Source: the human T2T-CHM13v2.0 reference genome, Homo sapiens
Assembly: GCF_009914755.1 (NCBI RefSeq)
Contig: NC_060930.1
Reading direction: 5' to 3' (one strand)
Length of the DNA stretch: 64,000 bases
A program made the position numbers and the translations under genes. This document shows, in pieces, positions 1-14,499 of the stretch (positions are counted from its first letter, which is position 1; every line of letters begins with the position of its first letter). A model generated the notes under the pieces. The model had not been told where the DNA came from. It searched no databases and was given only the letters and a program-made list of their open reading frames with translations.

Positions 1-659
1 GCTATAGAACCTCTGGGGAGATTGAGATGAAAGGCACAGGAACAGGATGGAAAAGACAGACTGATAAAAATTCAAAAGAATATTTGTGTAGCAAATTACT
101 TCAATGTATACAAAGTATACAGAATGTAAAGAGTCTATTAAACCAACACTTCTCTAAAATAGGTTTAGCTATAATAAAATGGAAGGCAAAATTTGCCACA
201 CAATAATTAGCCCAAAGATAGAGAGGGAAGGTTTGATTGTCAAATAACTGAATCAGTTACTTCTTAGTACCAAGAAACTCAGCCTGTGTGAGGCTCTGAA
301 TTTTGAAGGCGATGGTGGAAAATAAAGATATTTAACGCCTGAATAATAAGATTTACTATATATTACTAGATAAGTGTTGACCCCAAACAATTTTAGCATT
401 AAAACAAAAGTCCAGTGTGTGCCAAACTCAGTAGATTCAAAAGACAACCTCAACAATTTCAAGAATCCCCAGGCTTTCCAACAACACTACATAGCTCTTC
501 AACAGAGCTGCTCATTTTGTAATAATTAAAATAAAAGAGCAACATCTTGTCAGGACAAAGAGTCCAAGCAATGAGCTCCATTTCCACATCTGACAAATGA
601 TTACCTCACACAAGAGCCTGCCAGAGAGCTTGACTCAAGTTCCTTCTTTATCCAAATGA

Positions 660-800
660 GATGTTGTTACTAAAATGTAAGCTCCACAAGAACAGGAACC
701 TTCTTTATTTTATTCACTCTTATATCTGGCTTTGACACAAATGGCTGGCACACACACACACAAAAGGCATTCAATAATTGTTAAATTGCTGAATGAATAC
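660..800 (+). mobile_element. L2 LINE 3' end fragment
   Basis: ctaaaatgtaagctccacaag...ggcattcaataattgtt...gaatgaat resembles the L2 3' terminus; boundaries approximate. Confidence 0.55.
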
Positions 801-941
801 CATAGGTCTTAGACTTTTGCAGTTGTTCTTACATACTCAAAGTTGCAAGTTTACCTATTTAGATGTCAGTACAGATAAACAATATCTCCTTCTTTAACCA
901 ACTTCATGGCTGGGAGGTTGTAAAGAAAATTAGAAAGCCTT

Positions 942-1241
942 GGCCAGGCGCAGTGGCTCACGCCTGTAATCCCAGCACTTTGGGAGGCCAAGGCGGGTGG
1001 ATCACAAGGTCAGGAGATCGAGATCATCCTGGCTAACATGGTGAGACCCCATTTCTACTAAAAAAAAAAGAAAAAAAAATTAGCCAGGCATGGTGATGGG
1101 TGCCTGTAGTCCCAGCTACTCGGGAGGCTGAGTCAGGAGAATGGCGTGAACCCGGGAGGCAGAGCTTGTAGTGAGCCGAGATCGCGCACTGCACTCCAGC
1201 CTGGGGCGAGAGCGAGACTCTGTCTCAAAAAAAAAAGAAAG
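942..1241 (+). mobile_element. AluY
   Basis: Full dimer with Y diagnostics (ggctaac, ggcgtgaacccggg, gagcttg); TSD aaagaaaattagaaagcctt at 922-941 and 1242-1261. Confidence 0.93.
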
Positions 1242-1318
1242 AAAGAAAATTAGAAAGCCTTAAGATCTGGTTCAGTCACACATGAACTACCCAAACCTGC
1301 GTTCAGTATTCAAAGTAA

Positions 1319-2070
<752 letters not shown>

Positions 2071-2607
2071 GTAACTTGAAATTTCTCAGAAAACGAAAAA
2101 GTTGTGGTTTTGAAATCAGTATTTCAAGGTAGCGTTAGTTTGGGACCTCATTGCCTTTGGAAATGATAACATGCTGTCATTAATAGACTTGTTGGCCATA
2201 AACAAACACTCATAGTTCCCTTAAGATTTATGTAACTGAAACAAAAAGAGGAGTGACAAGGACAGGATGTTACTGTTTTTCCTCTCATTTTGCCTCAGCA
2301 CTTGGCTAATTTTATACTCACTCTGAACAGGAAAGTAAACAAACAAGTGACCAAAGAAGACTGTGGAATTACATGGCTCCTTCAAACCCAGCTCCCTAAG
2401 ACCAGGTAAGTGAGTGTCCCTCAATAAAGCAACCTGAAATTGCAGATGTGGCTCTGGACGAATTCTTTCTAAGGCCGGGATGGAACACTTTTTCCATGGA
2501 GTCTGGAGCTTCACTGTTTACAAGTGGGTTGTTTTCTCATCCGGAAGCCATCTTCACCTCTACTTACCCAGGGCTCCATCAGAATGTAATCATAAAACTA
2601 GACTGTA

Positions 2608-2947
<340 letters not shown>

Positions 2948-3292
2948 TCATGAAGTGCGATATTTTTCCAGGGGAACATTAAAGTTCTCAGGGAGTGGGT
3001 CTGTAACAAAGCACTATTGGTACTTGCCTAAAATGCATTTTAATAATAAAGCACTTTTCTTCTGTGCTGAAAGATTTCATTTTAGGCTTATTTACCCTTG
3101 GAACGATAGAACCTATTTGTAACGTCCTTGACTAAGAATGGCTCTGGAATAGAAATGAGAACTGGTGGAAGTAAGAGGAGCCAGACCCGCGCAGGGCATT
3201 GCTGGCCAGAGATGCTGCTGACTTCATCTCCGTACTCAGCAAAGGCACCATCGAAATTCATCAAGAGAAGGCCAAGAGGTGTGGTTTGGCAC

Positions 3293-3907
3293 TGTTGGTG
3301 CTCAGAATGCAACATCCCGAAGTATGGTACTTTGGCATGCTGAGTACTTTGTCCTAAGGAGATTGGCAGGCCTCAGAAGCAAGATCTCTCCGACCTTCTC
3401 CTGCTCTCCTGTCTCCCACCTGTTTTTCTCCCTCTGGAGGAAGTCACAGAAATCAGAATTCGTCCTCTGCAAGGTGGGTCACAGAAACCAGAACCCCTCT
3501 CTCCCAAGGCCCGGCAAAAAATCCTAGAAAGGTCATTTCCTCTTCTCTTTTAAAGACTCTCATTCCAGAGGGGTCTTGCACCGTAACCATGAGGAAGGAA
3601 TGCTACACAGAGGCCAAGAACAACCTGAAGAGGCAGGCCTTGCTGCCTCCACCCCCAGACTATTGTCATTAGAGCGTATCTTTTGTCCAACTGCATTTCT
3701 ACATGGCCTTCCACTCTCCATCGAACCTAAGCATAAGAGACAGTTTTCCCTGGGTCTCTGGGTCTTCAACTCTGAAGGCTCCCCTGTCATGTAAAACTTT
3801 GATTAAATAAATGTGTTATGCTTTTCTCTGGTTAACCTGTCTTTTGTTACAAGAGTGTTGCCTGTGGCCCTGATGGGGAGGAAAGGCACCAACCCTTCCC
3901 TCCTGCA
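3293..3907 (+). mobile_element. ERV1 solo LTR (MER39/MER34-like)
   Basis: Starts tgttggtgctcagaa...tatggtactttggcatgctgagtacttt; attaaa/aataaa poly(A) region near 3802; ends CA. Confidence 0.6.
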
Positions 3908-6900
3908 GAGCTAAACTTTGTATTCTGATTTAATCCAAACACTGTAATGCCAAAGCAAAGCTGAACCCAGGGAATTAACAGAGTATGCAGTATATGTGAG
4001 ACCGAAGTGCTGGGTTAGTCTTTTGAAAATTCTCTCCTGAAAAAGAACAAAGGAGATGAAAAAGGGTGCACGTTTAGAGCTGCAGCAGGAGTCTGGACTC
4101 GCCAACCCAAAGCCCTCCTCCTTCTGGGGTTGGTTTCTAAATGATTTTGTGGCTAAAATATGACTCCTGGGTTTGTCATAAGTATGTTCAGTAGATACGT
4201 GAGGAGGATTTAACATTTGTAATTTTTGTTTGTTTGTTTAGAAATAAAAAGCCACAGCAATCTAGTTTTTGTCAAAAATGGCATGCTGTTCTGTATGGTC
4301 ACTGGAGCACCTCTGCTCAAGTTTTATCATAACCCCTGAACAAGTACACAGACTGAGGCTGAATGAAGAGGAGTCAAGCTCGATCGTTTACAAGTGGGTT
4401 TGAAAGCTTTGAGATAGACCTTGGCCAGGGGCTGTTATCTTTATTGTGCAGAATGACTGAGTTCGACTTCTGGATCACTGGGTTGGGGTGATACTTTTGC
4501 AAAGAAGTCAGTGGTGCTGTCTGGGTGGAAAAAAAGATGTCCCAGCACCTTAGCTGTTAGGTATGGAGCAACAGAAAGGAGGTGGGAGGAGATACTCATC
4601 AACTGGTGCTCATAATGGAGAAAGATAGCCTTAGATCATGAATCAGCTTGCAGCTCCACCTATAGCTTTGAAAGGGCACCGTTGTTTCTTACTGTATCAC
4701 CAGCTCATTAATACGAGTCGGCAGTCATTACGGGTGGTACAAGAGAGAACATAATTTACATATTAAGTAGTTAATCGTGGATTCTGCAGCATTTCAACGC
4801 TCGAAGGTATGCCTTTCTAAAACACTTCAAGGGCACGGTTCAGGTTCGTGTCAATAAAGTTTTCTTCTGTCTATAAAATGGATGTTTGTTAAAAGATGAT
4901 TTTAGTACAATTGCACAGGCTGTTTGCTGGGTGAACTTGTGACCTGTTGTCTGAAATGGAGGTGGGAACTTTTCCAATATGAACGATTATTCCCACTGAC
5001 ATTCTGATGAAGTTAATGGACACAATTTACTTGAAGGACCATATCTGAGGGTTCTCAGTAGGGATGAGTATGAATAATATTAACTTTTATAATGTAAAAC
5101 CATAAAATCCATTAATTTTATCATCATAAATAAAATTATATTAATAGAATTTTCTTTTTTTTTTTTAATTTTATGGCCACTGGGATGATGGAGTGACTTT
5201 TCAAGCTTCGCATCTTTTCACTCTTGGTTGTCATGAACACCTGTGGGCTGCCAGCAGGGTGGAAAGAGAGGCCAGGCTGGGGGAAGAGTTTATTGACAAA
5301 CCTGAATAGGGCCTGTGGTTGCATAGTTACTGTAGAGTTAGTGAGATCTGATCTGTAAATAAATACTTTCCTAAAAAAGCAAGCTCCAATAATAAACTTC
5401 TTGGCACATGGCAGAACAGAATGATTTGGAATAGCTAGTAGTTCTCTGTGGGAGGAACCAGTTCAACAGGTCCTTCCCTCCTTCAAAAGCAGATTTATCC
5501 CACCATCTGCAAGACACTCAGTGGACTTCCCCATAAAGCAGACTGTATATCTGAGAAAAATATGCCATGAGAAGGACATTCAGGACCCCTGATTATGACA
5601 TTATTGGGGGCGCTGTTAAAAACATTTATTTTTCTCATTACTAAAGTAACATATTACTTTAAAGTAATATATTATTCGGCTTGCAAAAATAGGAAAAATA
5701 CATATGATTCTAAAACACAACCATGATTAGCCTTTTGGTGCTTGGTTTCAAGTATTTTTCCCCTAATTAGCTTAGAATTATCTCAGAATTATCTCACACA
5801 GTTGTTTGTTACTCCAGGAACATTAAAGAAATGCTATATTCTTTAGAATTCTATTTTCAATGGAAAGTGTAGAGGAAGTAACAATACATGAGTTTTAATG
5901 AACAATATCAAGGAACTTTTAGTTGTTTGGTATATTTTCTACATGTGTAACCATTATGTGTTTTTTAATCACTATTATCATGAAATTAATGAATGCTAGA
6001 TGAATCTTTAGATGTCTTGTAAGCCAAGCATAAGTGACAGTTCTGCAAATATTTTCAACTATTATTTGGAATCTTACCAGAGTCTATTTATTTCCACACA
6101 TCTTGTCTAAGATGTGAGGTGCACACACACATATATACTGAACACACATGCTTGCTTATTAGCCCAACATCAAGGACTCTGTTTCTGCACCCATTCACAG
6201 AAGGAAAGCTGCCTGTGCTTCCCTTACTCTCTTTGTTTTCTGAAGTTGGTAGATTTCTGCCCACACTCTTTCTGCTCTGTCTCTGAGTTCATTCATTTAT
6301 TTAAATCACTGAATATTGAAAGCTCAGTCAGGCACCAAGACTATCAACCTGAATAAGTATCAGCATACCCTACTTGTCTTTTGCCGCACTTCAGAAAGGT
6401 TTTGAACCAAGAAACCAGATCTTAAGCTGGTTTGAAAGACTGGTAACTTTCTTCATTTGATTGCAGGAATTTAACTTTTAATTGACTTGGTACATTACTG
6501 AGGAGGTATGAAAAGCAAGTAAGCTCACATTGATGGTTACCGTGTCCTTAGGATTTGAAAGAGTAATCTGAACTATGAAATAGTTGTGCAACTTTGCCTT
6601 ATTAAGGCTTCGTTCTGTGATGGAAGCTACTTCAACTAGCTGGAGAGAGCTAGTCAGCTCTGTCTGGAAGTCAAAGCTGATGACCTTCTCATTTGTGTCC
6701 ACCTGGACCAAACATCTGTGCCAACACCTGGAGGAATTCTACTTGGGATATTACAAGGGACATAGAGGGATTGATTTAAATTAGTTGGATCCATATGTAA
6801 AGAGAATTTTATTTAATTAACTGTAAAATTAACGTCATCATTAAAATAATAAAACCCAAATTCTCTTCTCTAGGAGGTCATGGCCTTCCTAGCCACTTTT

Positions 6901-7191
6901 ATGTTTCAAATAAGAAAAATGTTGAGTTAACAATTTATTTATATGGTCCGTTCAGTATAAGAACTAGGAAGACAATTTATTCATGCCTTAGACTTCTAAT
7001 AGCTCCATTCCCATATATAAAGGAGTACATATCCCAATTAATACAACTTTTTGCCACATTAATTATTCTAGCAGAACACTCTAATTTTTGTGTTTAAAGA
7101 ATTCACAAGCCTCTTTAAAATATCAGGAAAGATATTAATATTTAGTGAGGAACAGTATATATATATAGAGAGAGAGAAAGGGTTACATTAA

Positions 7192-7253
7192 TCATTTCTC
7201 ATATATATATATATATATATATGAGAAATGAAATGAAATATATATATATTTCA
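7192..7253. repeat. Two adjacent perfect palindromes centred on (AT)n
   Basis: tcatttctc-(at)11-gagaaatga (7192-7231) and tgaaa-(ta)5-tttca (7234-7253). Confidence 0.9.
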
Positions 7254-8231
7254 AAGCTTACAGAGTTTAAGGAATCTTCCTGAGGTCACAAAGGTCACAG
7301 CTGAGTTTTAAAACCAAGTCTGCACGGTACCAAAATCCTTCTTCTTTCTAACACACTAAATTCCTTAAGAAAGGCAGCTCCCCTTACTGAATCCCACACC
7401 ATTCCCATCCCACAAATATATTCTTTCTTTTTTCATACCACAAATTTTTATTTACCACCTATCAGCCAAACGTGATCAGTGTTGAAACCATTGTTTAACA
7501 TTAATTTCAAGTAATGATCTTTATGGCTGCCATTGTTCAATAACTCAATACCAAGATTTTAATATTTGTATTTATAAAATGCTCTGGCATAATGAATTAT
7601 TCATAGACAACTATGTCATCACCCAGATTTAACATAGGCAAATATTGTGCCATATCAGTTTTCTCTTATTAAAAATCAAAATATTTTGGCTCCCCTACCT
7701 CCATCTCTTTTCCTTTTCTTTTCTGTAGAGTTGGCCACTGTCGAGAAGTTCGTATGTATGATTTGCATGCCATCATGTTACATACTTTTATTACATACAT
7801 AACTTTAAAGGTCCAGTTTTCTCTGTTTTTCATGACATAGACATTATCAAGTTTCCCTTTTCCTTTCACACTTTCTGCAAAACACTGGCCACCAGTTTCA
7901 TTTTTGTGAAAGCCTAAAGAGTATCTATTTTCCTAGTTCTACAAACACCATTTCTCTCTATAGTGACTATGAAAGCAATGACGATTATGAGATTGGGTTT
8001 ACAGAATTGGTGACTACAGTGTAGGGAGAGTGAGTAGGAGACAAGATTATAAGAAACTAACAGGCCACTGGTTTGTGTTTTGTGGTGCCATTGATGGAGA
8101 CAGAAAATTTACTAAAATGGGACAGATTTTGACAGAGAGGACACAGGATTTGGAATGTCTTGAATGTGAGGTGACTATAATGGTAACTAGAAATAGTTGA
8201 ATTATAAATCATATAATGAAAGAGAACGGAA

Positions 8232-8257
8232 GTGTGTGTGTGTGTGTGTGTGTGTGT
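8232..8257. repeat. (GT)n microsatellite
   Basis: Direct reading. Confidence 0.95.
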
Positions 8258-9412
8258 AAGGATTGTAAATTTAATTTACAGTACAACTTGAATGAAGATA
8301 TAAAATGTAGTTTCTTTATTGGTCTACTTGTACTTAGAAAGTACAAGTCCTACTTTCTAAGGGGATAGTGTGGGAGTAACTAAATGGCCCATCTGACATC
8401 AAGCATTTTTCAACAACTAATTTTAATGCTCCTTTAAGATTATCTAGTCTCTCATTTCCAGCTGCCCCTCCCATAACCCTTTTGCTTTGTTATCAAGGGT
8501 GTAGGAGTGGAGTGTTCATGACTTCCCAACAGGAGAGTGAAGGGGGTCTTCAGATCCATATAGCATTCCCTGTACCATCATGGCACTGGAAGCAAAAGGC
8601 CAGTCAGCTGTCCTCTGAAGTATGGTTGACCAAGTTCTGTACATTTACACCATCTATTGACTTCTACAACTTCCATAGTCTACTTCCTGTCTGGTTCCTT
8701 TTTTGGTTTAGTCATAGCTTGGTGGCCCCTCTCTGATGACATCCCTTGCCTTGTTACTCCATGGCTGTAAGGGCCTCTGAGTCACTTCCCTGTTCTCTAT
8801 CTGGCCCATCATGCCCACAGTGATCCACTCCCAGTCTCTGCTATGGGCCCATCACAGCAGGCCCCAAGACAAGCCCTAGCTCTTAGTGACTGCACCAAGG
8901 GAGGTTTAGCAGGGCAGACTAGACTCTTCTCTCCACCTGATCATGGGGCTTTGTTTGCCTAAATATGCTAAGGGTGCCTGTTAGAGGTCTACATAGCAGT
9001 CTTATCCTAAAGCTCCCAATAGGGATGAGGTAAGCTTTCTGCCCCCTTAAAATAATCCCTTTTCTATTTTAAGCCTGGAGCAGGAATACCAAAGCCTTAC
9101 TCACTTTCTCCATTTTGCTCTTTTTTGCTTAGCAAGTCCCTAGGAGCAGAAAGGGTAATTTAAGAAAGAATAAAAAGCTCTTCCTATATGTGTGATCCTT
9201 CTCCTTGGCTCAGCCTCCTGCCTAAGCCTTGGAATAGATTAGAATAGATGGGAGAGTATTTGTTACACCAGGAGGAGAATTCAATAATCTGATTCCTTTG
9301 TGTTTAACTCCTTTTGTTTAAAAGTAATTTAGCAAATCCACCCTTTATATATATAACTTGGCTTTCAAGCCCATTTTTATGCAAACACATAAAATACCAG
9401 GCCTCTTTTTCT

Positions 9413-9550
9413 TTATTTATTTATTTTGTTGTTGTTGTTATAGAAATGCATTTTTTTGTAAAGATGGGGTCTCACTATATTGCGCAAGCTGGTCTCAAAC
9501 TCCTGGGCTGAAGCGATCCCCCCACCTTGGCCTCCCAAAGTGCTGCCAGC
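9413..9550 (-). mobile_element. FLAM / Alu left monomer with internal deletion
   Basis: Single reverse monomer; TSD cctctttttct at 9402-9412 and 9551-9561. Confidence 0.8.
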
Positions 9551-10238
9551 CCTCTTTTTCTAACAGACCATAGGGAAAGAGGCTGTTGCTCCACTCACAA
9601 TTAAAAATGTTTGGAAAAGCTCGTTATGTAAGAGTGACTCTCCCTCATTATCAAAGAAATGGCTTCAGCATAATTAAGATGGGAAAGAAAAGTTCATGTT
9701 TTAATGGTGAAAATCAAAATGGCTTAGCTTAATTTTGTAACATATTTTCTTTATTGCATATAGATTTGGAATCATAGCTAAATAGTAGTTATTTATTGAA
9801 CCTATACGACAAGAGAGATGAGAGTGTCTAGAGGTAGAGAAAGCCGAATGCTAAGGAACACCAACATTAGCAGCAAATAGTAGAAGAGAGGCCACGTGAA
9901 AAGCAAAAGGTGGCAGGAAAAGAAAGAAGACAATGAAGGGTGAATGGTACTATGGAAGGTTTCTAAAGGTCAGCAGTGCTACATGCTACACGAGGTCAAG
10001 TAAGGTAATAAAATCAGTCCACTGAATCTGAAAATGAAGTTATTGGCAGTTTTAGCAAGAATGGTTCTGATAAAGTGGTGGGGTCAGAAAACATTTAATA
10101 GGACTAAGGAATCAAAGAGAAGTGGAAAAGTTAATAAAGTTAAGTTTCTTTCATGAAAAGCTGTTGTTAAGAAAAAAATAAATGTATATAAGCAAATGTA
10201 AGCAGAGTCTCAGGAAAGTTATTTTTAGGAAGGAAGAC

Positions 10239-10575
10239 TGTACTTGCCAGGCTAGGTTAAGTTATTCTACAGTAATAAACAACCCCAAAATTCTGAAGCT
10301 AGATTTCTCCTATACATTACAAGTCCAATTCAGGTCAGCAGGAACCTGTTCTTTTCACCATAGCCCTTCAAGGACCCAGGAGTGTAGAGGCTGTATCACC
10401 TGAGCTCATAAAGCTTCCAGCCATCAGTGAAACTCATCACCACCACTCAACTATTACTGGCCAAAGCAAGTCACATGGCTATATACAACTTTGAGGGGAA
10501 CAGGAAGTACAACCATAAATTATGAATGGATAGAAAATATCACTATTTGTGAATAGGCTTATTGTCTACTACAGG
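10239..10575. mobile_element. Old MaLR LTR (MLT1K/L-like)
   Basis: ccaggctaggttaagttattctacagtaataaacaaccccaaa...ggccaaagcaagtcacatggc motifs typical of old MLT1. Confidence 0.5.
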
Positions 10576-12663
10576 CAAGAGTGACTTGCCTAGACCAAAG
10601 TAAGGGAATCTGTAGCACTGAAGAGAGAGAGAGACTGAAGACGGACCAGAAATAGGATTAAATGAAAGAGCAACATCTTTAAAAGATGAGGGAGAGGAGA
10701 ATGTGAAGCACAAGATGATGGTAGAGCTTTTATAGAAGGACTATGGTTCCTAGTGATGGGCAGGAAGCGAGGCCAGCCATCAGTGGAGGTGAGTAGTACA
10801 TGCAGTTCATATTCGATAGCCTCTGTTTTTCTATCTGAAGTAGGAAGCAAGATCAATGAGTGGGTATGAGAGAGTTAGGGTCAGGGTTAGAGTAAGAGTG
10901 CAGCAAAATTAGATGAAATTTTCTAATTATTACTCTAGCAAATGGGAGAAAAGCAACTCAAGTATTGACTGCGGAATTTCTGGTTAATAGCTTGATTCTA
11001 GGAGTTTCCAATAGGAATGTTTAAAATTGCACTAATCTGATGGGTGTCTAATTTTCTCCAGAAATGAGAGAGAAGGAAGAGTAACCTAGGATGGTTGGAT
11101 TATTCAACGTTTGAGGATATTCAGGGCAATGTAACAGACAGTTGCAAGGATGGGGATGTGAAAAAGCATTGGCAAGGAAGAAGCTAAGGGGATAAAGCAG
11201 AAAAGTAGTTCATCAACTGGGAGGAAAGAAAGTATTGACCAAGTTATTTTCCCTGATGAAAATTATGACTTTTTCAACTCCCTGATAAAGCAAATCCCTT
11301 GAAAATATAATGACAGCTTTTATAGGAGTCCAATTAAATCAAGTAAGATTTGCATGCTCTCTTTGGTAAACCTCCCAGAAGAGACTTCTAGCAGAACTAC
11401 TCTGTCACTGGGAGTTACTACTATGGAGGTGGCTAATAAATCTACCGCTTTTGATGAACACATGAAGGTGTCAGGGGAGTCTAATATATTTTATCCAGCA
11501 GGAAAAGATGGATTCTAGTAAACTTGGTTTGCAACTTTGAAGCCATAAATCATTTTAAGAATGATCGTTAGACCTGAAGACACCAACAGAATAGAAAGCC
11601 TGGGAATAAGTTAAGAAAAAGCTTTATTGGAAGGAAGGAACAAAGATAAATTCAGATTTTTTTTTAGAATTCGCTTTATTGAAATTAACTCTGGGATGGG
11701 GGATATTACATATAGAAATATTTACTTCCCTGGTTTAAAACTCCAGATAGAGCTAGCTATTGAAAAGCTATTAAATCTAGCATGCTGACATCCAACTGCT
11801 TTATATTTACATATTCAAGAATGTGAGCATGATTTCTGTAGAGAAAGTTGGAAAGGTGAAATAATTTTATGTTCTTTTTCCCATCACTTTTTTCCTTGGG
11901 TCACAGGTTATTTTCTTCACTGTTTCAATTCCAAACTCAACTACAATTGGATACACTTTTTATTATCTTCTAGCTCTTAAATTAGGAGAGGAAGTGTTAT
12001 ATGTGGTGATGAAAACAAACCAGAAAAAAAAATTATATAAAAAGGCCAGCTTGGTCTGATGCTGAAAACTTCAACCAAAAATTTAACCTATGCCTTGCTT
12101 ATTCCAATAAGAATTGGATTAAGTCCAGAAACAGGTAGTTTCAATCAATTGTTTTTAGGAGGAGAGTCTATAACCTACTGGCTTGAAAATGTTCGAACTG
12201 TAAGTCTTGTAGAGATATAGCAGACTTGCCAAAATTGCATTACTGCTTCAAACCGTCACAAATTACCCTGCACTTTAAGTTTTATTACCAAGTAAGACAG
12301 CACACAAATTCATTTCCGTGTCTGTTGCCAATTTAAATGAATGGCTGGCTCCTGCCAACTCAGGAAGACACCGGAGGAAATGTTGCACAGATCATTGGTG
12401 CATGGAATAAATGATAGCAGGCCTCTTGGTCATTTAATCTCAGAGCAAAATTTATATTTTAAGTAGGCTTTAAAAATATAATGTGAATTATGCCATAGGA
12501 GGCATATAATTCAAAAAGCAACCATGTTAAATGCCTACTATGTACTCAAAACCATTCTAGATGTTGTGGATGATACAGAATTTAAAAATATAAGCTCTGT
12601 TCTCAAAGAGCTTCCTCTACAATTGATCAAAGTAAACTAACACACAAGAAAATAGTTAGAATA

Positions 12664-13057
12664 CTATATGAGCTGAATTGTGCCTCCTCAAAATTCATTG
12701 TTGAAGTCCTAACCCCCAATATTTCCAGATGTGACCGCATTTGGAGACAGGGCTTTACAGAGGTTATTAAGTTCAAATGAGTTTATTAAGGTTGGCCCTC
12801 ATCCAATATGACTGATGTCCTTATAAGAAGAAGAGATTAGGACACAGACATACACAGAGTAAAGATCATGTGAAAATATGGGGGGGAAAACAATCATCTA
12901 CAAGCCAAGAGGAGAGGCCTAAGAAGAAACCAAACCAACTCTGCCAACACCTTGATCTTAGACTTCCAGCCTCCAGAATTTTCAGAGAATGAATTTCTGT
13001 TATTTAAACCACCTAGTCAGTGGTGCTTTGTTGTAATGGCCTCAGCAAACTAACGCA
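12664..13057 (+). mobile_element. MaLR LTR (MLT1A0/MLT1B-like)
   Basis: gctgaattgtgcctcctcaaaattc...ccttataagaagaagag...gacttccagcctccagaa...gcaaactaacgca. Confidence 0.8.
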
Positions 13058-13566
13058 GATACTATGTAATTGCAAACAAATAATATGAACAACAGCAAGA
13101 ATTTAGGAATTAAGATTGCACATTCATTGGTTAGTGAAGATACTCATTTGACTAAAGGAGGTTTGAATGATGAAGAATAAGACTGTAGAGATGAAGCATG
13201 GCCAAAGCATGGAAGAACTTAAAAATTTAGCAGAAGCATTTAGATTTGAAGGCTAAGTAATGACGGGTTAAAGTTTATTACTGTTGCTGTTTTCCCCCAT
13301 ATCCCACTCCAAACAGTCTTATTAACAGGGAGGGGTCATATATTCATTTGTGACCTACCTAGACTAAGAAGTACTATTGTACTAGGTTGAGTTGAGTTAG
13401 AAATAAAACAAGTCTGGAAGCCAAAGAGCAACTAAGAAGAGAATAAGTGGGAAATGGCAAAGAATATGGAAAAGTGATGGCCTGAAGTCCCTTAGAATGG
13501 GGAGGGATAAGTCCAGAATGTGGGCTAAAATGCATAGTAGGAAAAAGGAAAGAAAGGCATTGATTT

Positions 13567-13712
13567 AAAAAACAAAAAAAAGAAAGAAAAAAGAAGAAAG
13601 AAAAAGAAAGGAAGGAAGGAGAAAGAAAGAAAAAAAAGAAAGAAAGAAAGAAAGGAAAGAAAGAAAAAGAAAGAAAGAAAGAGAGAAAGAAAGAAAGAAA
13701 AAAAAAGGAAAA
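13567..13712. repeat. (GAAA)n / A-rich low-complexity tract
   Basis: Direct reading. Confidence 0.9.
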
Positions 13713-14499
13713 GTTAGAGGATAAAGCCTGGAGGACTAGAAAGTTTGAAATGTAAGACAACAAAGCATGTAAGTTGATTAAAAACAAACAGATAAAAGTT
13801 GAGAAAGTGGAAGAGAAAAATCAAATAAACTTTAGGGAGAAGGCCAACGGATGAGGAATTAGCAAGAGAAGAATAGCAGGAGCCCAAGGCAGATATATGA
13901 TGAAGTGACAAGCAGAAGTGATGGAAGGTGAACTGGAAGAGAAAAAGAGAGAGAAATTGGGTAAAAACTGAAAAAAATTTACTAAGGGTATTTTAAGACA
14001 TTGCAGGCAAATATAATAGGGAGGACAGGGGAGTGGAAAAGATAAAGAGAACTTCTAGGAAACGGGAAACATTCAACATTGCTTTTACTCTTTAGGCTTC
14101 CCCAGCATTGCCAATCTCAAATCTTAAGTAAACCATACTGTTAACAATAGATGCAGTGCCCAGACCCATGGGCTCCTCCCCCATCCCTGGCCATAGACTT
14201 CTTAGGGTTGCTAGAAAATCTTAAGGCTTGGCTAAGTGATGCCACTTCACATTCACACTCCATGACCTCAATTGCAACATGTTGCCACTCAGCAACTTTT
14301 TATTCATTTAGTTAACTATCATCATTTTCATTGCACAAATTCCTAAAATTTCTCTCCCCACAAACCCTCAAAACCACCCCTGCATATCCTCTTACATTCT
14401 ATATATTATTGTGTTTCCTCCACTTCCCTCTCTCATAATTTTATGATTTCTCCACATGACCATCTCATCATCCCAATTTCTTCTCTTCCTCGCTCTTCT

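Noticed and set aside
13374-13787. 137-aa Phe/Ser/Leu-rich ORF
   Set aside because: Antisense reading of the (GAAA)n tract
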